Origin: Owenia fusiformis
Lineage: Eukaryota
Assembly (NCBI GenBank): GCA_903813345.2
Contig: CAIIXF020000001.1
Span: forward strand, 35,154,001 to 35,218,000
DNA length: 64,000 bases
Direction: 5' to 3'
Shown in pieces: positions 47,678 to 62,755 of this stretch. The notes under the pieces are model-generated. The model was not told the DNA's origin, made no database searches, and saw only the letters and a list, made by a program, of their open reading frames with translations. A program made the position numbers and the translations under genes. Numbering within the stretch: the first letter of the stretch is position 1; each line of letters opens with the position of its first letter.

Positions 47678-48789
47678 CCTCTCCGAGCAAGGGCGAATGT
47701 AATACCCGGAACGTTCGCAAATTGGCGTTCAGTTTTTCTGCATCAGATTTGAATTAGCCAATAAACATGATAGGAGTGTGAGAAATTTATTTTGACGATG
47801 TGTCTTACCCCCCTCTGGACATTAAGTCCAGAGCTGAATATGTCAGCATATGTTGATGATTGATAAGTAAAAACAATCTATCTTTATAGCTAAACATATT
47901 TTCTATAGTTAAGTGAATTTCAGTCACAAACCATTCAGAAACAACAGTTAAAACGAAGATTGTCTGCGTCAGATTTGATTGTGCCACTTGGAACCCAATG
48001 GGGTTTTCTCGTTTGCATAATCACATGAGTCATAGACTGTTATGGGGGATTTCCGAAGAAGGGTAACACACATTAAAGGACAACTGAAATAGCGAAACGA
48101 AATAACGAAATAAAACTAACTGTTCAGTCAAATTGGCCCCCACGTGATAAGTAACATCATATTCAAAATGTAGCTTTGGTTTATTGGTTCCTTAGTAATC
48201 ACAACATCACGGCAACCATAGGATTGTTGTGTAAACAAATAACAAAATATTTTGGCATTATGACGTCATGATCTAATGGACCAAAACAGGCCACGTGGGG
48301 ACCAGTGAGAGATCACGTGGGGGCCAATAACGTCACAACCAATTCGGATATTGCTTATTTAGCAGCTATAACCATCGTTGGAGTGAAATAATGTTCAGAC
48401 TACTGATGAGAAAACGTGTCCAATTACATTTATCAAAAAATTATATTGATTCCTTTAGGTTAGAAATGCCATTTCATATCTGCTTTAACAGAAAACACAA
48501 TCGCCACTTAATTTACATTTCCCTGTTTATTCTGTTCGTTTCAAGCCGTTTTTACATGTCATATTTAAGTTAATCAATTATGTAGCTCATGATGCGAACA
48601 TATTCCAATGCTATAGAGTAAAATAACCGCAAAACGGTACAGAAAAAGGTACCTAGGTCTGAGAAAACCTACCCCTTTATACATCATTGTCTAATGAAGA
48701 CCAAACAAAGCCCCGGATGTTGTGCCATTTCTCGTTTTGTTTGGTACACAACTAAGCCCCGGGTATTAAATAAGCTCTTGCTCCGAGGA
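47678..48789. mobile_element. Probable TIR element
   Basis: Imperfect IR CCTCTCCGAGCAAGGGCGAATGTAATACCCGG / CCCGGGTATTAAATAAGCTCTTGCTCCGAGG. Confidence 0.45.
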
Positions 48790-49731
48790 CATCTCAAGTG
48801 CTGCAGACAATACAACAATTAAAGATCTTAATAATCTCAACTGAAAACCACATTTCAAGTGTAATACATGCATAAACTGAGAAGGCAGAAAGCAGAACTA
48901 TCTCACAATGAATAGCATGGGAATATCCTCCCTTTATATTTTGTTTACAAATTATATATTGTTGTTTACATAAAGTGGAATCTGACTAGGAAATGACAAT
49001 CCCAACATTCTATTATATGGCTGTGAGTGTCCTCCATTAGACAAGCTCAACACACAAACAGAGAGATCATTCTCTCAATCAACTGGACAGCACTCAAACA
49101 TTAGAGGGGATTTTCAAGATCCCAATAATATCAACAACCTGCTTCTCAGTTCAGTGTTTCTTCTGAATAACTGCAAATAACAAGAATTTGAGAAAAGTCA
49201 AGATAATGCAAAAGAGTATCCCTGAAAATGAATCCATGAAGGTTGAAAATTTCCCACAAATTTTACAAGAGGGGCAAAGTACCTAGACCTCCCCCCCTAA
49301 CAGTACTGTAGCCCTGGACTCTGTACTCTGGGCTCAAATAAAATCATATAGTGAGCACCTTTGATCTTTGGAAAATGGAAAAATAGGGGTCTAATTTGGC
49401 GTCTAGTTTAGAGGGATTTTATAGTGACGAACTGTTGCTACTTAGAAAAAAGTTTGACAGGACCAATTTTAAGCCCCAACAAAAATGGCAACAGAGAAAA
49501 ATTGATTTTTAGCACCCAGTATTGCTATTTTATAAATGGTTATATTTTAATGGCTTATTATTAAGTCAGCAGGTTCGCTCGCGGTGAATTTTTAGGGCAA
49601 CCAAATTTTGCACCCAGTTGGAAAAAATCCTGGGGACAACACTGCAGGTATGACTTTGTCAATGAGAAGGAGTGCTGATCAACCATGATTTTCAGTTCTC
49701 TTATGATTGGTCAGAAAATATCAGCTCGGTA

Positions 49732-50662
49732 CACAGGGAGATATGCCGAGTACTAAGATAGTACTTATGGCATTTAGCGCTAATTGAGTACTCATTTCAG
49801 CAAATATTAGTACCAAATGAGCACTTATGACATGAGTACTGATTTATTGCATGTTTTAGTACTAAATGAGTACTCATATGATGAGTGATAAAACAGCGCT
49901 AATTTCATTGATTTATCATTACTCAATGAGCGCTCATACAATGAGTACTAATTTATTGCACATGTTTCACGAGTGATAAAATAGTACTCAAAAATTTTAA
50001 TTGATGAAGTAAAATACAGAATATGTAATAAATTACATTTTAAATATTAAACTTTTGCAAAATTTTTTCTGGAGTCTAATGTCTTAAAACCCTCTTGCTC
50101 CAGAGTCTCTGTTGCCATTTTTTGTCTCCAGAGCTTTTCCGGAGTCTAAAGTGTTTTTCTGGAGTCTAATTTTACATTTTTGTCACATTATTTGTGGTAA
50201 AACTCTCGAGAAAATACATAAAACTGGATACAAACAAGGAATAGGAAGTCAGAAACCTTTTAGAAATAAATATTGGGTTTAAAATAGCAAGATAATCTTA
50301 AGAAGTATGTTGAAAAGTATACTAATAGGATATCTCTGATCTCACATGGGGGAGAAGTAGTCGCGATACCGCGAAAAAAGTAGTCACAATACCGCTAAAA
50401 ATCCAGGGTCTAAAAATTTCCTGGTGAGAAACCTGTAACGGGTACTAGGAAACAAAATGACAGACACCATATTGTTCTATTCTTGAGAAAAGTGCATATT
50501 AACACTTTTCAGTGTATATATACACTGCTTAGTTATTTAGTCTAAGTGAAAGATGCAGTAAGTTGTAATAAATTAGCACTCTGGCAAAAGCGCGCTCATG
50601 AGCACGGGTGCTGATTTAGCACTAATTTTGTACTAATTGAGTGATTGGCATATTTCCCTGTG
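49732..50662. mobile_element. MITE (CACTA-like, TA flanks) with nested hAT 3' fragment
   Basis: TIR CACAGGGAGATATGCC / GGCATATTTCCCTGTG; many AGTACT/AGCGCT subrepeats; about 50160-50435 matches 35200-35447. Confidence 0.7.
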
Positions 50663-51193
50663 TAGGTTTAAATAATTTCTGATTGAAGCGTTGGCAGTTA
50701 AGAATGAGCTTCGCCTCTTGTCAGAGGGTGGTATTCATTTGAGACTCATACGACCAAAGATGAGATCAAGTTGAAATAAGATTTCAGCTTAGTAGTAATT
50801 AATTAGCAGGAAAATCACAGCCAGCGGGATGGGAGAATAAAATCAAAGATCAAACGACAGTCCTAATCTCAGAATAGTCTATCAACATGACAGGTCTAGC
50901 CTGGTGGTAACAATAGCAGAATAGATTTTCAGGAATGGTTCAACACAATCAGATATCTGTATAATAGAGCTGCGGAAATACAATAATTTGTTGTATCAAT
51001 GGCATGAGAATGTAGAGATTGTGTTTTGTTATAAATAGGTGCCAGGCAGACAGCTTTGTGCTGTTGTACACTACAGATGGATCAATCAAATGGATGTACA
51101 CAGAATATAAACTGAGAAGAAGTTATATATGATTTGAACTAAAATTCAGAGGTAAAGAATAATGGAATAATGGGGATGAATGGAATGGTAAGA

Positions 51194-51280
51194 AGTTATA
51201 AAGGAAGACATATATAATGAATTGATAATATTTAAAAGTTATAAAGGAAGACATATATAATGAATTGATAATATTTAAAA
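51194..51280. repeat. Tandem duplication of about 43 bp
   Basis: AGTTATAAAGGAAGACATATATAATGAATTGATAATATTTAAA x2. Confidence 0.85.
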
Positions 51281-54200
51281 TCTCTCTGATTGATGGATCG
51301 TTGTGTTTATTAAAAGTGTAGCATATACAGAAATGACATTCTGTTTATTATTTCACACGTTTTGATAATTCATTAATTTGTGATTGAGAATCATTATTTT
51401 TCGATTGTAGCTGTTTTAGTTTATGGGTATTACAAATAAGGAACATTCGGTACTTTCAATCAGTCGTTGTGTCTCACCCAGCTTTATTTTTTATAAGGAG
51501 TTTTTTGTGTTGGTTTATCATGAATAATTAAAAGCAACCATGACAGCAGGTAGCATATTGCAATAATGGTACATTAAATATATATAAAAAATAGATCATC
51601 ATGCAATATCTGCTATGCTTAGTACATAACATTGGCCTAGGTCTTGAATAAAAAATAGAAAGACAATACTCCTATTCGCGATAAGAGTTCAGGTGGTAAT
51701 TTACATAAATGTCTCCCATGATGCATCGCTTTGGAAGGGACAAATTTTCATTGGCCCGCCGAACGAGTCGATTACTCTGAACATTTCTCAGCTTCTGATC
51801 TTCCATCAGCCCTCAAGCATAGTTATATGATCCAATCTATTCAATAATCAGAAAGATAATCGGAGATTCAAAGTAACATTATTTATATTTTTTCGATCTT
51901 CGATGGCGTCTGAGCAATTTCTGGTATATCAGTGACTTCACTGGAATTGGACGGCATTTTCAACTACAGATTTCTTCGGATTTTGGGATTATAGTTCAAA
52001 AAGCTTTGTCATATATATTTTAATTACATACATACCTATCGTTTGTGTAAATGAAACTCTACATAAATGTTTAATAGTGTCGCAGTGCGGCATTGAAAAT
52101 AGCACCCCTGTGTAATCCCGGATGTAGATGAAGTTGTACCATACATGAGAGCTCTTCAAACGGGAGGGAGCTAAACTGAACTAAATTAAATGTTATCGCG
52201 TATTGGTATATTATTTGGTCGTATCATATTCATTATCTCTTGATTTAAGCTGGCTTCTTCTTGGGATTACATGAATGGAATTGAATTTGATAACAGAAAA
52301 GCAAATATTTTGGATTAGGAATTTATTTCCTGACCAGCTGGTTTCTTCTTTTGGAGACAATGGGATAGAATTAGATGCAAGGCAATGAATAAAACTATAG
52401 ACTTTAATGAAATCACCAGTCATGTCAGATTATTCTATTATGGCTAATAAATGCACCCTTCTATTTTTAGGATACCTAATTGTCAATAATGATGGGATCA
52501 TCTTGATTTTTCTTAAAGTTACATAAAGCAGCAAATGATATACTCAAAATGTATAAATACTTGAGTTGTAATGAAAATGCATTTCCATCTAGGCATATTT
52601 TCTCATCAAGTTTTCACTGTATTAAGGAAGTTATTTCTGAATTGCTACCTTATTTAGGATGCATCCTCTTATGATATAACAGACGCAATGTGACATATAA
52701 GTGATACAGATATTTTTGTCAATTGCTTTGTTTATTTTAACCAAAGGCATTTTAAGCTCATTGATGTTCTTTGGGTATATCTTAAACTGAAATAGAACAG
52801 ATTCCCCCCTAAGTAGTAATAGGAATAGTCAGATGTAAATACTTAGAGAATCTATTCTGATACAGTAATTTGCCTTAGGAGTAGAGGGAGTGGTGATGAT
52901 ATTGGTCTAATAATAGTGATATGTGTATATTTACCATAAGACAGATTTAGTAATTGGTTAAAAGCATTTCAATGTATTTTTATCAAATTTTGCTCTTTGA
53001 GAATACCTGGTATTCAGAAACATATTTTACTTATGAAAATGGCCGCCATTGTAGAAAAATCAAGTTTTCAGCTTTTTTGGTCATAGTTCTACATGTTTTC
53101 CATCAAGTTGCTTGAAATTGTACAGGTACCTTAATTTATAGGTTATCAATGGTGTATCAATATCAATACTTATCAAGACAAGTTTAGGTTTTACCCATGT
53201 TTTCAATTTCAGCTAGCCGAAACCTTCCCATGTGAGCACAGTATCCATGCAGGGTATTTCCTAAGCGTCGGACCACACCGACCAATTTTCGTACATTCCT
53301 CTAAAGATTGAAAATAACCGGACCGTGTGACAGATGAATAAATGTACATGTAAACATACCTTCCAAGTCATATCCGGCGATTGGAAGCTGACTTTTCCAC
53401 AGTATAAACTAACGACAACTCTGATTAATACAAAAAATTAAATAAATGTTTTATTAAATTTTGCAAATATATTTTGTTTTCTAAATGCGACAAGAGGTAA
53501 ATTTGGGATCGTTGTTTTGTAACATCGGCAACACTGTGAAGGCCATGCACAAGGGGAATCCCCTATAATATCTTTGACATACATTCATTCTCTTGACTAG
53601 TCATTGATTTCATAAACGTAGAATACCTGAGGGTTCCTAGGGGAGCTCAAACTCTGCGTAAAATCATATTTACGACCATGACCATAATAATCGCTATAAT
53701 TTAACTCCTCAGAGACTCCAAATTGTAGATTATAATGAAATTTCATTTCTGAATTTTCACTTCCGGTTTATCGGCAAGGATAATTTGCACAATATAACTC
53801 AAATACTGATGATCATGTGTCAATTTCACTTCATACGCATCTTCTCTAAGGTAGTTGCCTGCATGTTCTTTCATGTTCTGGTTATGTCCAGCGTGCAATT
53901 TTTCCTTAGGAAATACCCTGTACCCATGGTACTATCTTTCATTGTTGCCCTTCATATTTTCCCACCAGTGTTTATTCATCAGAAAAATGAATAGAAACTG
54001 GGGTAAGTTTTAAGCTGATCATAACACTATTAATCAATCACCATTGTTCGAGATGGATTAACTTTGATAAAGCAAGATAAAAGCTTTTAGCTTGGGACTA
54101 ATGTAGTGTTTTGATGTTAGGTATGGTGTTTGCAGTTAGTAGGTAAGATGGACAGTGTCATGTTTCCAATAAAATGCCATGAAACATATTTTACAGTAGG

Positions 54201-54284
54201 CTAGCTAGATTATGAGCAATCTGGCATCTCATTTAGTCCATACTATACTTTCTGAAGTTTTAACTTCATAGACATGCCTTTTTA

Positions 54285-54910
54285 TTATGTCACCACCAAA
54301 AAGTGATGACATATTGTTGTGGTCTCCATTTTTTGTGATGGTGGTTGGCGTCTGTAAGGAATTCTTAGTTTGTAACAAATTCTTACAACTTCCAATAACT
54401 TAACACATACTTTTTAGACTGACTTCAATTGTTTTCAAAATCATCTACAAGTTCTCAGAAGTTCAAATCTGACTTTAGATTTGAGATTTGACCTTCAATG
54501 ACCTTCTCAAGGTCTAAAAAGGTCAAGAAGGTCTTTTTTCAATTTGCTTCAAATTAATAAAAAAATTTCAAAATCGTCTACTCGTTTTCAGAAGTTCAAA
54601 TTTGACTTAAGATTTAAGATGTGACCTTCAATGACCTTCTCAAGGTAAAAACGTTAAAAATAGGTCTTTTTCAACTTGCTTGAAATTGACCATTTTTTCT
54701 AAGAAGTTCAAATCTGACTTTAGATTTGAGATTTCACCTTCAATGACCTTCTCAGGGTTAAAAAAAGTATTTTTCAACTCCCTTCAAATTGACCAATTTG
54801 TTTTTCAAAATCAAGTTTCAATCAGAAATTCAAATCTGACTTTAGATTGAACTCATTATAATATATTGTGAGCAACTGGGTGGTGACATTTAGTCACGTT
54901 AATTTCTTTT
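54285..54910 (+). mobile_element. Helentron/DINE-like element, family F
   Basis: Sub-TIR ATGTCACCA (54287) / TGGTGACAT (54881); 112-132-bp GACCTT-rich repeats; short relatives at about 28960-29125, 55040-55160 and 57475-57570. Confidence 0.7.
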
Positions 54911-55947
54911 TGGCAACTGTTCTCAATTTTATTATTTATTTATTTTGTGCTATGTAAATATATCTTTCTCTCCCTATTATCCTCTGAAAATGGTATTCAT
55001 AAAAGCAGAAAGAGGGAAGATATATTGTATCTTTTTTATAATACCATGTTGTAGTCTTCAACTTTTTTTATATATGGTGTTTGGTTGTTGGCATTTGGCG
55101 GTCGGAGTTCAATATCTTTAACAAATTGTGGTGACATTTTGCATTTTGATGCTTGTTAAATAAATCATATATCATTGATAAATTAAGAATTTTTCTGTTT
55201 ATCTCTGTGTAATTTATTTAGCATAATTAGCATAGCCCATTCTATGCCAGTTATAGAAAAAAAATTATTAGTAAGAGCCTATCACAATATTCTATAAGTG
55301 TCTTTAAGTAAAATGACCTTATCAGAGAAATTATCGATGAATTAAGACTAATACCCAAATACACAAGAATATTATTACTGCACATACATGGGGTTCTCAT
55401 ACAGACTCATGCTGATGATGAATTAAGAGTGCTGTAACACGGCTGGGTTTATTTAAAGGAAAAGTCAACAACTCTAATTTTCAATCGATTCCTATAGAAT
55501 GTTAATAACAAGGTTACCAACAGTGTTTCGTTACATACCAGTGATGTTTTTTTTTATTGAAATATTAAATGGAAATGACATTCAGTATAATTGGCCAATT
55601 GATTTATTATCAGTTTCTGCCTGACACAATGTGCCTTAATGCTTATGGAAAATGAAACATTGGCAGTGTAATACTATCTAGTGTTTACTCAAGTTACAGA
55701 GTGGTTGAAAAACACAACCTATTTCTATTTCAGTGATCTTAAAATAAAAAAATATAATCCTTTATTTCTGTTATTTCTTGTACAAATGCCACACTTGAAA
55801 TACCTGAAAGAAAACAACATTTATCATCGGCGCAGCGTTAACTTCATCCATATTTATCTAATTTATGTTTTAAAATGTTTGGCATAGGTCTGTGTTCACT
55901 AGCATTTCCATATTGAATTTCCCAAATTGGGTATTTTTTAGTAATTA

Positions 55948-56461
55948 CCGTATTATCGCCTATTAGCGCACAGTGCGCTTGTGAAATTGAGATGAAATAC
56001 CATGGAATTGGAGAGAAATCAACCCAATAAAGTCCCAATAAGCGCACATAAAAGTTATCATTTTGATTGGGCGATAATATGTGAAAATCAGAATTCGGAG
56101 CCTGGTTTGAAATGAATATTATCTTACTTACTGTTTTTTCACGCCAAATCATGTCTTGTGTCGTTTATTTACCATAATATTATGTTTTTAAAGGACCAAC
56201 TATTGGTAAAATAAAGAAATATTGCGATATTTATCAGGTAAAAGTTTTGACTTTTATTTTATCGTCATAATAACTACTGCGCATCAAAGTTTGCGCAGAC
56301 CGGAAGTTAGATTTTCCTACCCGGAAATGAAATTTGGTGAGTTAAAAAATCGTTATTCTGTAAGTATTCCTACTCTTTTGCCCTGATCACAAATGTTTGT
56401 CATGTTTCCAAAGTCGCATGTGCGCTTATAGGGGAGTGTGCGCCAATAGGCGATAATACGG
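55948..56461. mobile_element. Tc1/pogo-type MITE
   Basis: TA|CCGTATTATCGCCTATTAGCGCAC ... GTGCGCCAATAGGCGATAATACGG|TA. Confidence 0.85.
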
Positions 56462-58108
56462 TATGCTGTATGCAGATTCTTATAAAATAAGTTTTATGCA
56501 TTATCAAATCCAACAAGTATAATTCACCCATACTACTTATTTACAATTAAAAATACCAAAATCTCATTAAAAATTGTAATAATTATTAGCAATTGGGATT
56601 CATCAAAAGTCATCCCTCTCCTCTTGGACTTCATTCCTTGACATTTTAAAAGTTGCGAGTGAAATAAGAGCTAGGCTATTACATTGATGTAGAGTTTCTA
56701 GATGAAGAAATCACTGTCTCATGTAGGACCACCCACACTTGTAGACACAGACCATCGTGAGAGATCTCAGTCTTCTAGCAGTACCTGTCTAGAATTCTTA
56801 GCAAGGTAGAGATGGACGGAGTTTGAGAATGAAGCATGACATACTGCAATGAAGTCTTTGAGCATCATGATAAGCTACACCCTCTCCATCTCTGTCTATC
56901 TGTGCTGCAACAGAGATGCTATGAGAATAAGAAAGGTCTTTGTGAAAGTTTCAAGCAAAATACTCTATTACAGTGATGCATCCATAGCCTTGTATTATCT
57001 TTTATAGATAAAGAGGGAGTCAGAATGATATACAGTATGGTCATCATGTCCTGTGAGTAGCAACAATAATATGTTCCCAAACCAGATATAAGGGATTTCC
57101 TATTCACTAGAGATTGATAGATACTTAAGACATATTGATCCACTAGCCTAATTGTAGGTTTTATTGATCTTCATCAATCAAATATTTCAAATCTATTTAC
57201 TAACTAATAACATGTGTTTGTCTGTTTTGACACATATTTTCATTTTGCACCCTGTGAGAATTTCAAAGAAACCAGTTTTAATAATGCACTAGCAAAATCA
57301 TAAAGAGCAACATTTGAGAATATAAATAGCTATTATGTTGATCAAAAGAAATACATGATACAAATGTCAAGTGAAATATATTAGAAATAGAAAAGTGAAA
57401 GAATAGGATTTCAGGAGGCAATTTTCCTTTGTGCAAAAGTGTGATCCAATTAATGCAGTTTTTGTACTTCTGGTACATATTGTTGTAGTCTCCAATTTTT
57501 TTGTGGATGGTGTTCAGTGGTCGCCATCTGTAACAAATGGCAGGTGATTACATTTTACATGTTAATGCCTTGTAATATTATTGGCTAGTCAGATGCCATA
57601 TGTGTGTTGTTTTATGATTTTTGCAATCAAATGTGTGCGATTTCTTTGAAATTTTGTATGTGCCTACTAACATATTACACTTTCTGATGATAATTTGGCT
57701 AGTGAGGAACCATTTTGAAAATGGTAGCCTTTCTTTTGTGTGTTATTTTACAATATTTGCTAATAAACATTATGCTCATAAACCTTAAGCATTTCATAAC
57801 TATTACTTTATAGGGGGACTTCAAAATGATTTTTCTTTGAAAAGGTTATTAGAAATTATAGAAACTTAGGAAAGGTGATTGTGACTGCTGGTTCACAAAG
57901 ATTAATATTCAAGTTATTCCCACAAGATTTTAGATATATTGTTCAAAGATGTGAATGCTTTTCAGTATGTATTCATTTTACAAAGAATTGTAAATATTTT
58001 AGGTGTTTCATGCGTTTTCAGTGATGAAATGATTATCAAATGTTTTAAACTGTTTGTTTATTTGAGGGCATTTGATAATATTCCCTTTTGTTTCACGTGC
58101 CCAGTTAA

Positions 58109-58914
58109 CCCCCCTATCGCACCAAACTAGTTCTTGCCCATTCTTGCCAGTCCTACGAAAACGTCGTAAAATGGGCTCAATCTGGCTGTGGTCGGGAAAT
58201 ATGTCTGAAATAATTAGCTCCTTCGTTCTTAAACAGTCTTCAATACGTCCATCTCGTTCGCAGTTCGTTCAGGTCGCACCACGTCGGTGTGCAACGTCGT
58301 AGAATGCGTCCCTTAGTCTAGAAGGTCAACATGACCTGATTACAGAACGGTATGGTCGCCATCGATTTGAATCGATTCAAAGTTCTAAAATCACATTCCC
58401 GTCTGAGAACGTTCATAAAGTTCGTAAATAGACCTTAGAAAGTTGCAGCTACGTTCATTCCGTTCGCACACAGTTTAAAACCAGTTTTGAAGAACGCAGT
58501 GGCAACTTGTTTGGTGTGATAGCTATATTTTTGCTAACTCGTTCATAGGCAGTGTTAAATACGTTCTTAATCAGTTTAAACCCGTTTGCAATTAGTTCAA
58601 CCTCGTTCTCAACACGTCCTCAGACAGTTCAACTCGTTGTTAAAACATCCCTAGTAGGATTGAAGTACGACGGTTCCGTTCGTAGTACGTCCAGCTCGTC
58701 GTTAGTACGTTGTCACTCGTTCTAATTGTAGAACGTGACGACCACGAGAACATTTTGAGCTTTGTCTAAGTTCTAGAGGACCTACCCGTTCGAGTACGTT
58801 CGATGAAGTTTGTAAACAGATCCCAAACTGTTCTTAGTAGGTCCAATCCGTTCGTACACAGTTGAAGCCCGTTTTCGAGAACGTAGTGAGAACTAGTTTG
58901 GTGTGATAGTAGGG
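58109..58914. mobile_element. PIF/Harbinger-like MITE
   Basis: TAA TSD; TIR CTATCGCACCAAACTAGTTCT / AGAACTAGTTTGGTGTGATAG; internal duplicate of the right end at about 58420-58523. Confidence 0.8.
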
Positions 58915-61469
58915 TAAGCTGAGATAATCCTCGTTAGTAGAGTAAAGTATTCTTTCATAGGATGTTGGGAGTAAAAAGTATTACATTAGTAGCTATTATA
59001 TCTGCTTAAAATACAATATAGTTGTATAAGTCTAGCAATATAATATTTTGAGATCAAGGATTAATGTATTGGTGTTAAGAGCTATTTTATTATTCAATAC
59101 ATGTGACCCAACTAACCTTTCTTAAGAATCTACTTTGTCAAAGTTATCCCTTGGGTTTCCTATCTTTTAAATATTGTCTCAATTAGACTTGTAACGAATG
59201 ATCGACTACATGAAACATGTTGAAATGAATAACACATAATAATGACTTCTTGTTTAGAGGATGGAAAATGTGTTCTCAATACCTGCTAGGGTTACCAAAG
59301 TCTGAGATAAGTCAGGAATTTCCTCAGAAATGGTTAAAATGGTTGAGGAATTTTGGAATTTTAAGAAATGTCAGGGAAGTTTAAGAGAGTGAATTTTTTG
59401 TTTGGGGTGTTAGAATAAATAGGTGATATGAAACTACTAAATTCAACAGCTTAAAGTGGTCTTTAATGGTAGCAAGTTATTTTGAATTTTCAACCTTGTT
59501 AAGATTTTCTTTTTTTGGGATTTTGCATATGGATTGTAGATTTGGTCTAAGATAGAATGCATCAATTCAGTTCCAGTTTTGATTGTTGATCATATCAGGC
59601 AGGGTCTTGCAATGGTTGTAATTACTGTTCAATTGCATTAGGGATGGAGAATCACTATCTAGGAATTACTAGTTCTTTTAACAACCAAGATCAATATTTC
59701 CATAACGAGTACTTGTTTGATGAACCGATAAGTAAGTTACTCTGGTCAGAGACTTAGAGACATCCTTAACTGCCAGTATATCATTTATATGGTGGATTGT
59801 TTCAAGAGGTTCCATTCAGTACCCAAGGTAGTTGTGTCATATTGTAGAACCCCATTGTGGATGAGGCATCACACAATTGCTCAATAGTGCAGAAATCACC
59901 TTCGTTTGGAGTCATCTATATTGGGTGTGGATTTTCGATATTATCCGTAATAGTTTTTTAATATGAATATTCTTCTAAACCAGGGCTCTCGCCAGGCTTT
60001 TAGACTGTGGTACACCACCGCACTCTATTTAGCTCCTACCACAACCTATTGGCAAATCATGATTGTTACCACAGTCTAAATTTGACTGGATACACAATAG
60101 CATGTAATGTGAAAAAGATAAAATGTAACATAAATAAAATTTATCATGATTGAATTGTTGTACCGAAGATGTTTAATCACTACATAAGCCACTGTCATTC
60201 TACTCGAAATCAGAACCAGAGTCATATAGACACTACTATGATCTCCCAAGACCCCTTTCACTTGGCACTGTACCCAGCTGAACTCTTTAACTCCGCCTAG
60301 TTTGCGCCCTAGATGGAGCTTTGCACTTGATTGAAGAGAATTTTTAGAGAAAATGTTTAAAAACTTTCAACTCATGACCAATTAAGGAATCCATTACATA
60401 AACATGATAACGCTAATTAATTCTACTCAAAAAATAACCAGAATAAAAGCACATGAAGTCAACTACCTTGGAAATACCCTGTAGAACATCTCTTTCCTTC
60501 TACATTGACAATGAAAGGAAGATAAATTAAAATTCAAAATATTTTGAAGAGCTGACTCTGAGCTAACTTTGAAAATCTAATTTAAAAAAACATGGTTGTC
60601 ATCTTGAAAAATGGCAGTACACTCTATTTTATTATTTTTGCTGTAACTGGAAAAGCAGTTGAGCAATTTTGTTCATATTTGATATGTGAATATGAGATCA
60701 CTCATAAGCATGATACAGTTTTATGATACTTTGGCTAAAGTATATTATTTTACGTTTCTTCCTTAAATCAAAAAGTTGTAGTGTGATTTTGTTGAAAGAA
60801 CATGATTAGGTTTGATGAAAAACTTTGAGATGCTGTTTCTATTAGATGCTGTTTCTACTGACTATATTATAATACTGATCAAAAATTGTATAATGTAAAT
60901 GATAGAATAGTGTCTCAACTGCAATTCTCATTGAGTTCTATCTACCATGCCTTGAAATTATTGATAATCCCATTGATAATCCCCATGGATTACCATTCTT
61001 AGTGTTTTTTACTCAAAAACATCAGCAAAACATAAGCATTGGAAATCATACTTGTGGCTCATTTTGATATATCTATCCACATCAAAAATATTTTTGATGC
61101 AGAGAAATTGGAAAGTAGAAATAAACGTTGATGTTATTTTCTCAAAGTACAAGAGGAAATCTCCATGGGAAAATAAAATGTAAAACTTTATTTCCACTTT
61201 CCAGTTTTATTCCATATTAACTTAATTTAAGGTTTTAATCTAGATCAAGTACTTGTGTTAGTGTAAACCATCCGAGGTAATGAATTTTGTTTGTCAGCTG
61301 GAATGGCACTTTTCATTCCCATATTCTCTAAAGCCTTCTTCTCAGTCTGGAATGAAATAAAGAGTGAAAGCTTTCATGTAACATGTTAGTCTTGACGAGT
61401 TCTCTTTATGAGACTTTCTTAAATGCTGGGGGTGAGAATAAATAATTCAAGGAACTCTTAAGCTTGTAC

Positions 61470-61810
61470 CGTAAGTCTGGAGAGAGAATGGAATCAAGGC
61501 TTTCTCGTGACATGTAGGTCTGGAGAGAGAATGGGATAAGGCTTTCTTGTAACACATAAGTCTAGAGAGAGAATGAATTCAAGGCTTTCTAGTAACATAA
61601 AAGTCTGCAGAGAGAATGAATTCAAGGCTTTCTAGTGACATTTAGGTCTGGAGAGAGAATGGGATAAGACTTTCTTGTAACACATAAGTCTAGAGAGAGA
61701 ATAGATTCAAGGCTTTCTAGTGACATATAAGTCTGGAGAGAGAATGGGATAAGGCTTTCTAGTGACATATAAGTCTAGAGACAGAATTGAATCAAGTCTT
61801 TTGATCTAGT
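61470..61810. repeat. Minisatellite of about 42 bp
   Basis: AGTCT(G/A)GAGAGAGAATG...AAGGCTTTCTAGTGACATATA, about 8 copies. Confidence 0.88.
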
Positions 61811-61922
61811 GACAATTATTGGGGGTGATGAAGATTTAAAATTTAAGAAATTGGTATGGATACGGTAAACTGTGTATAGTACTTCTGGTTTGTCATATCC
61901 TGTAACATATGTTATTTGTTAA

Positions 61923-62755
61923 TTATCCCACCGAACGAAGTTTGAGGGGGATATAGCAAAGCCGTCCGTCCGTCGTGTGTCCGGGCAATAACTCAAATAC
62001 CGGTTGACGGATTTCATTCAAATTTTAAAGGCTTATGCCTTATTGGTGTAGGACCTTCGCTTGAGAAGGAATTTTCAATATGTCCGCTTCATTCAAAATG
62101 GTGGCCATTTTTTGGAAAAATATAATCTTTGATAACTCAAATACCAGTTGATGGATTTGGTTCAAATTCTATATGCTGATGCCTAGAGACAAAGAAGTTC
62201 TGCGCAAGAAGACATTTTCAAGATGGCTACTGAATTTCAAAATGGCTGCCATTTTTCGTAAAACAAACGTTATCATTGATAACTCAAATACCAGTGGATG
62301 GATTGGTTCCAATTTTATATGCTGATGTTTAGGAAAAAAGGAGATCTGCTTCAGAAGAAATTTCAAAGGCATCAGCTGAATTTCAAAATGGCTGCAATTT
62401 TTCATAAAAAAGGTAATCTTTGATAACTCAAATACCATTGGACAGATTTACTTCAAATTTAATATACTGATGCCTAGAGGTAAAGGAGCTGTGCTTGGAA
62501 AAATTTTCAAGGTGGCTGCTTATCAAAATCTCCGCCATTTTTCATTAAACATGTAATCCTTGATAACTCAAGTACCAGTTGACGGATTTGGATTAAATTG
62601 TATATTCTGATGCCTTGGGACATATAAAAACATAATCTTTGATAATTCAAATACCAGTGGATGGATTTGGCTCAAATTTTATATGGCCGCTATTTATCAA
62701 AACATGTTTTGTTCGGTGGGATTTGCTACTCCGTGGAGTTGCTGTTTTTCTAGTT
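61923..62755 (+). mobile_element. Helentron/DINE-like element, family B
   Basis: Sub-TIR ATCCCACCGAAC (61925) / GTTCGGTGGGAT (62711); GTCC microsatellite; about 146-bp units; 3' stem-loop and CTAGTT. Confidence 0.85.
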
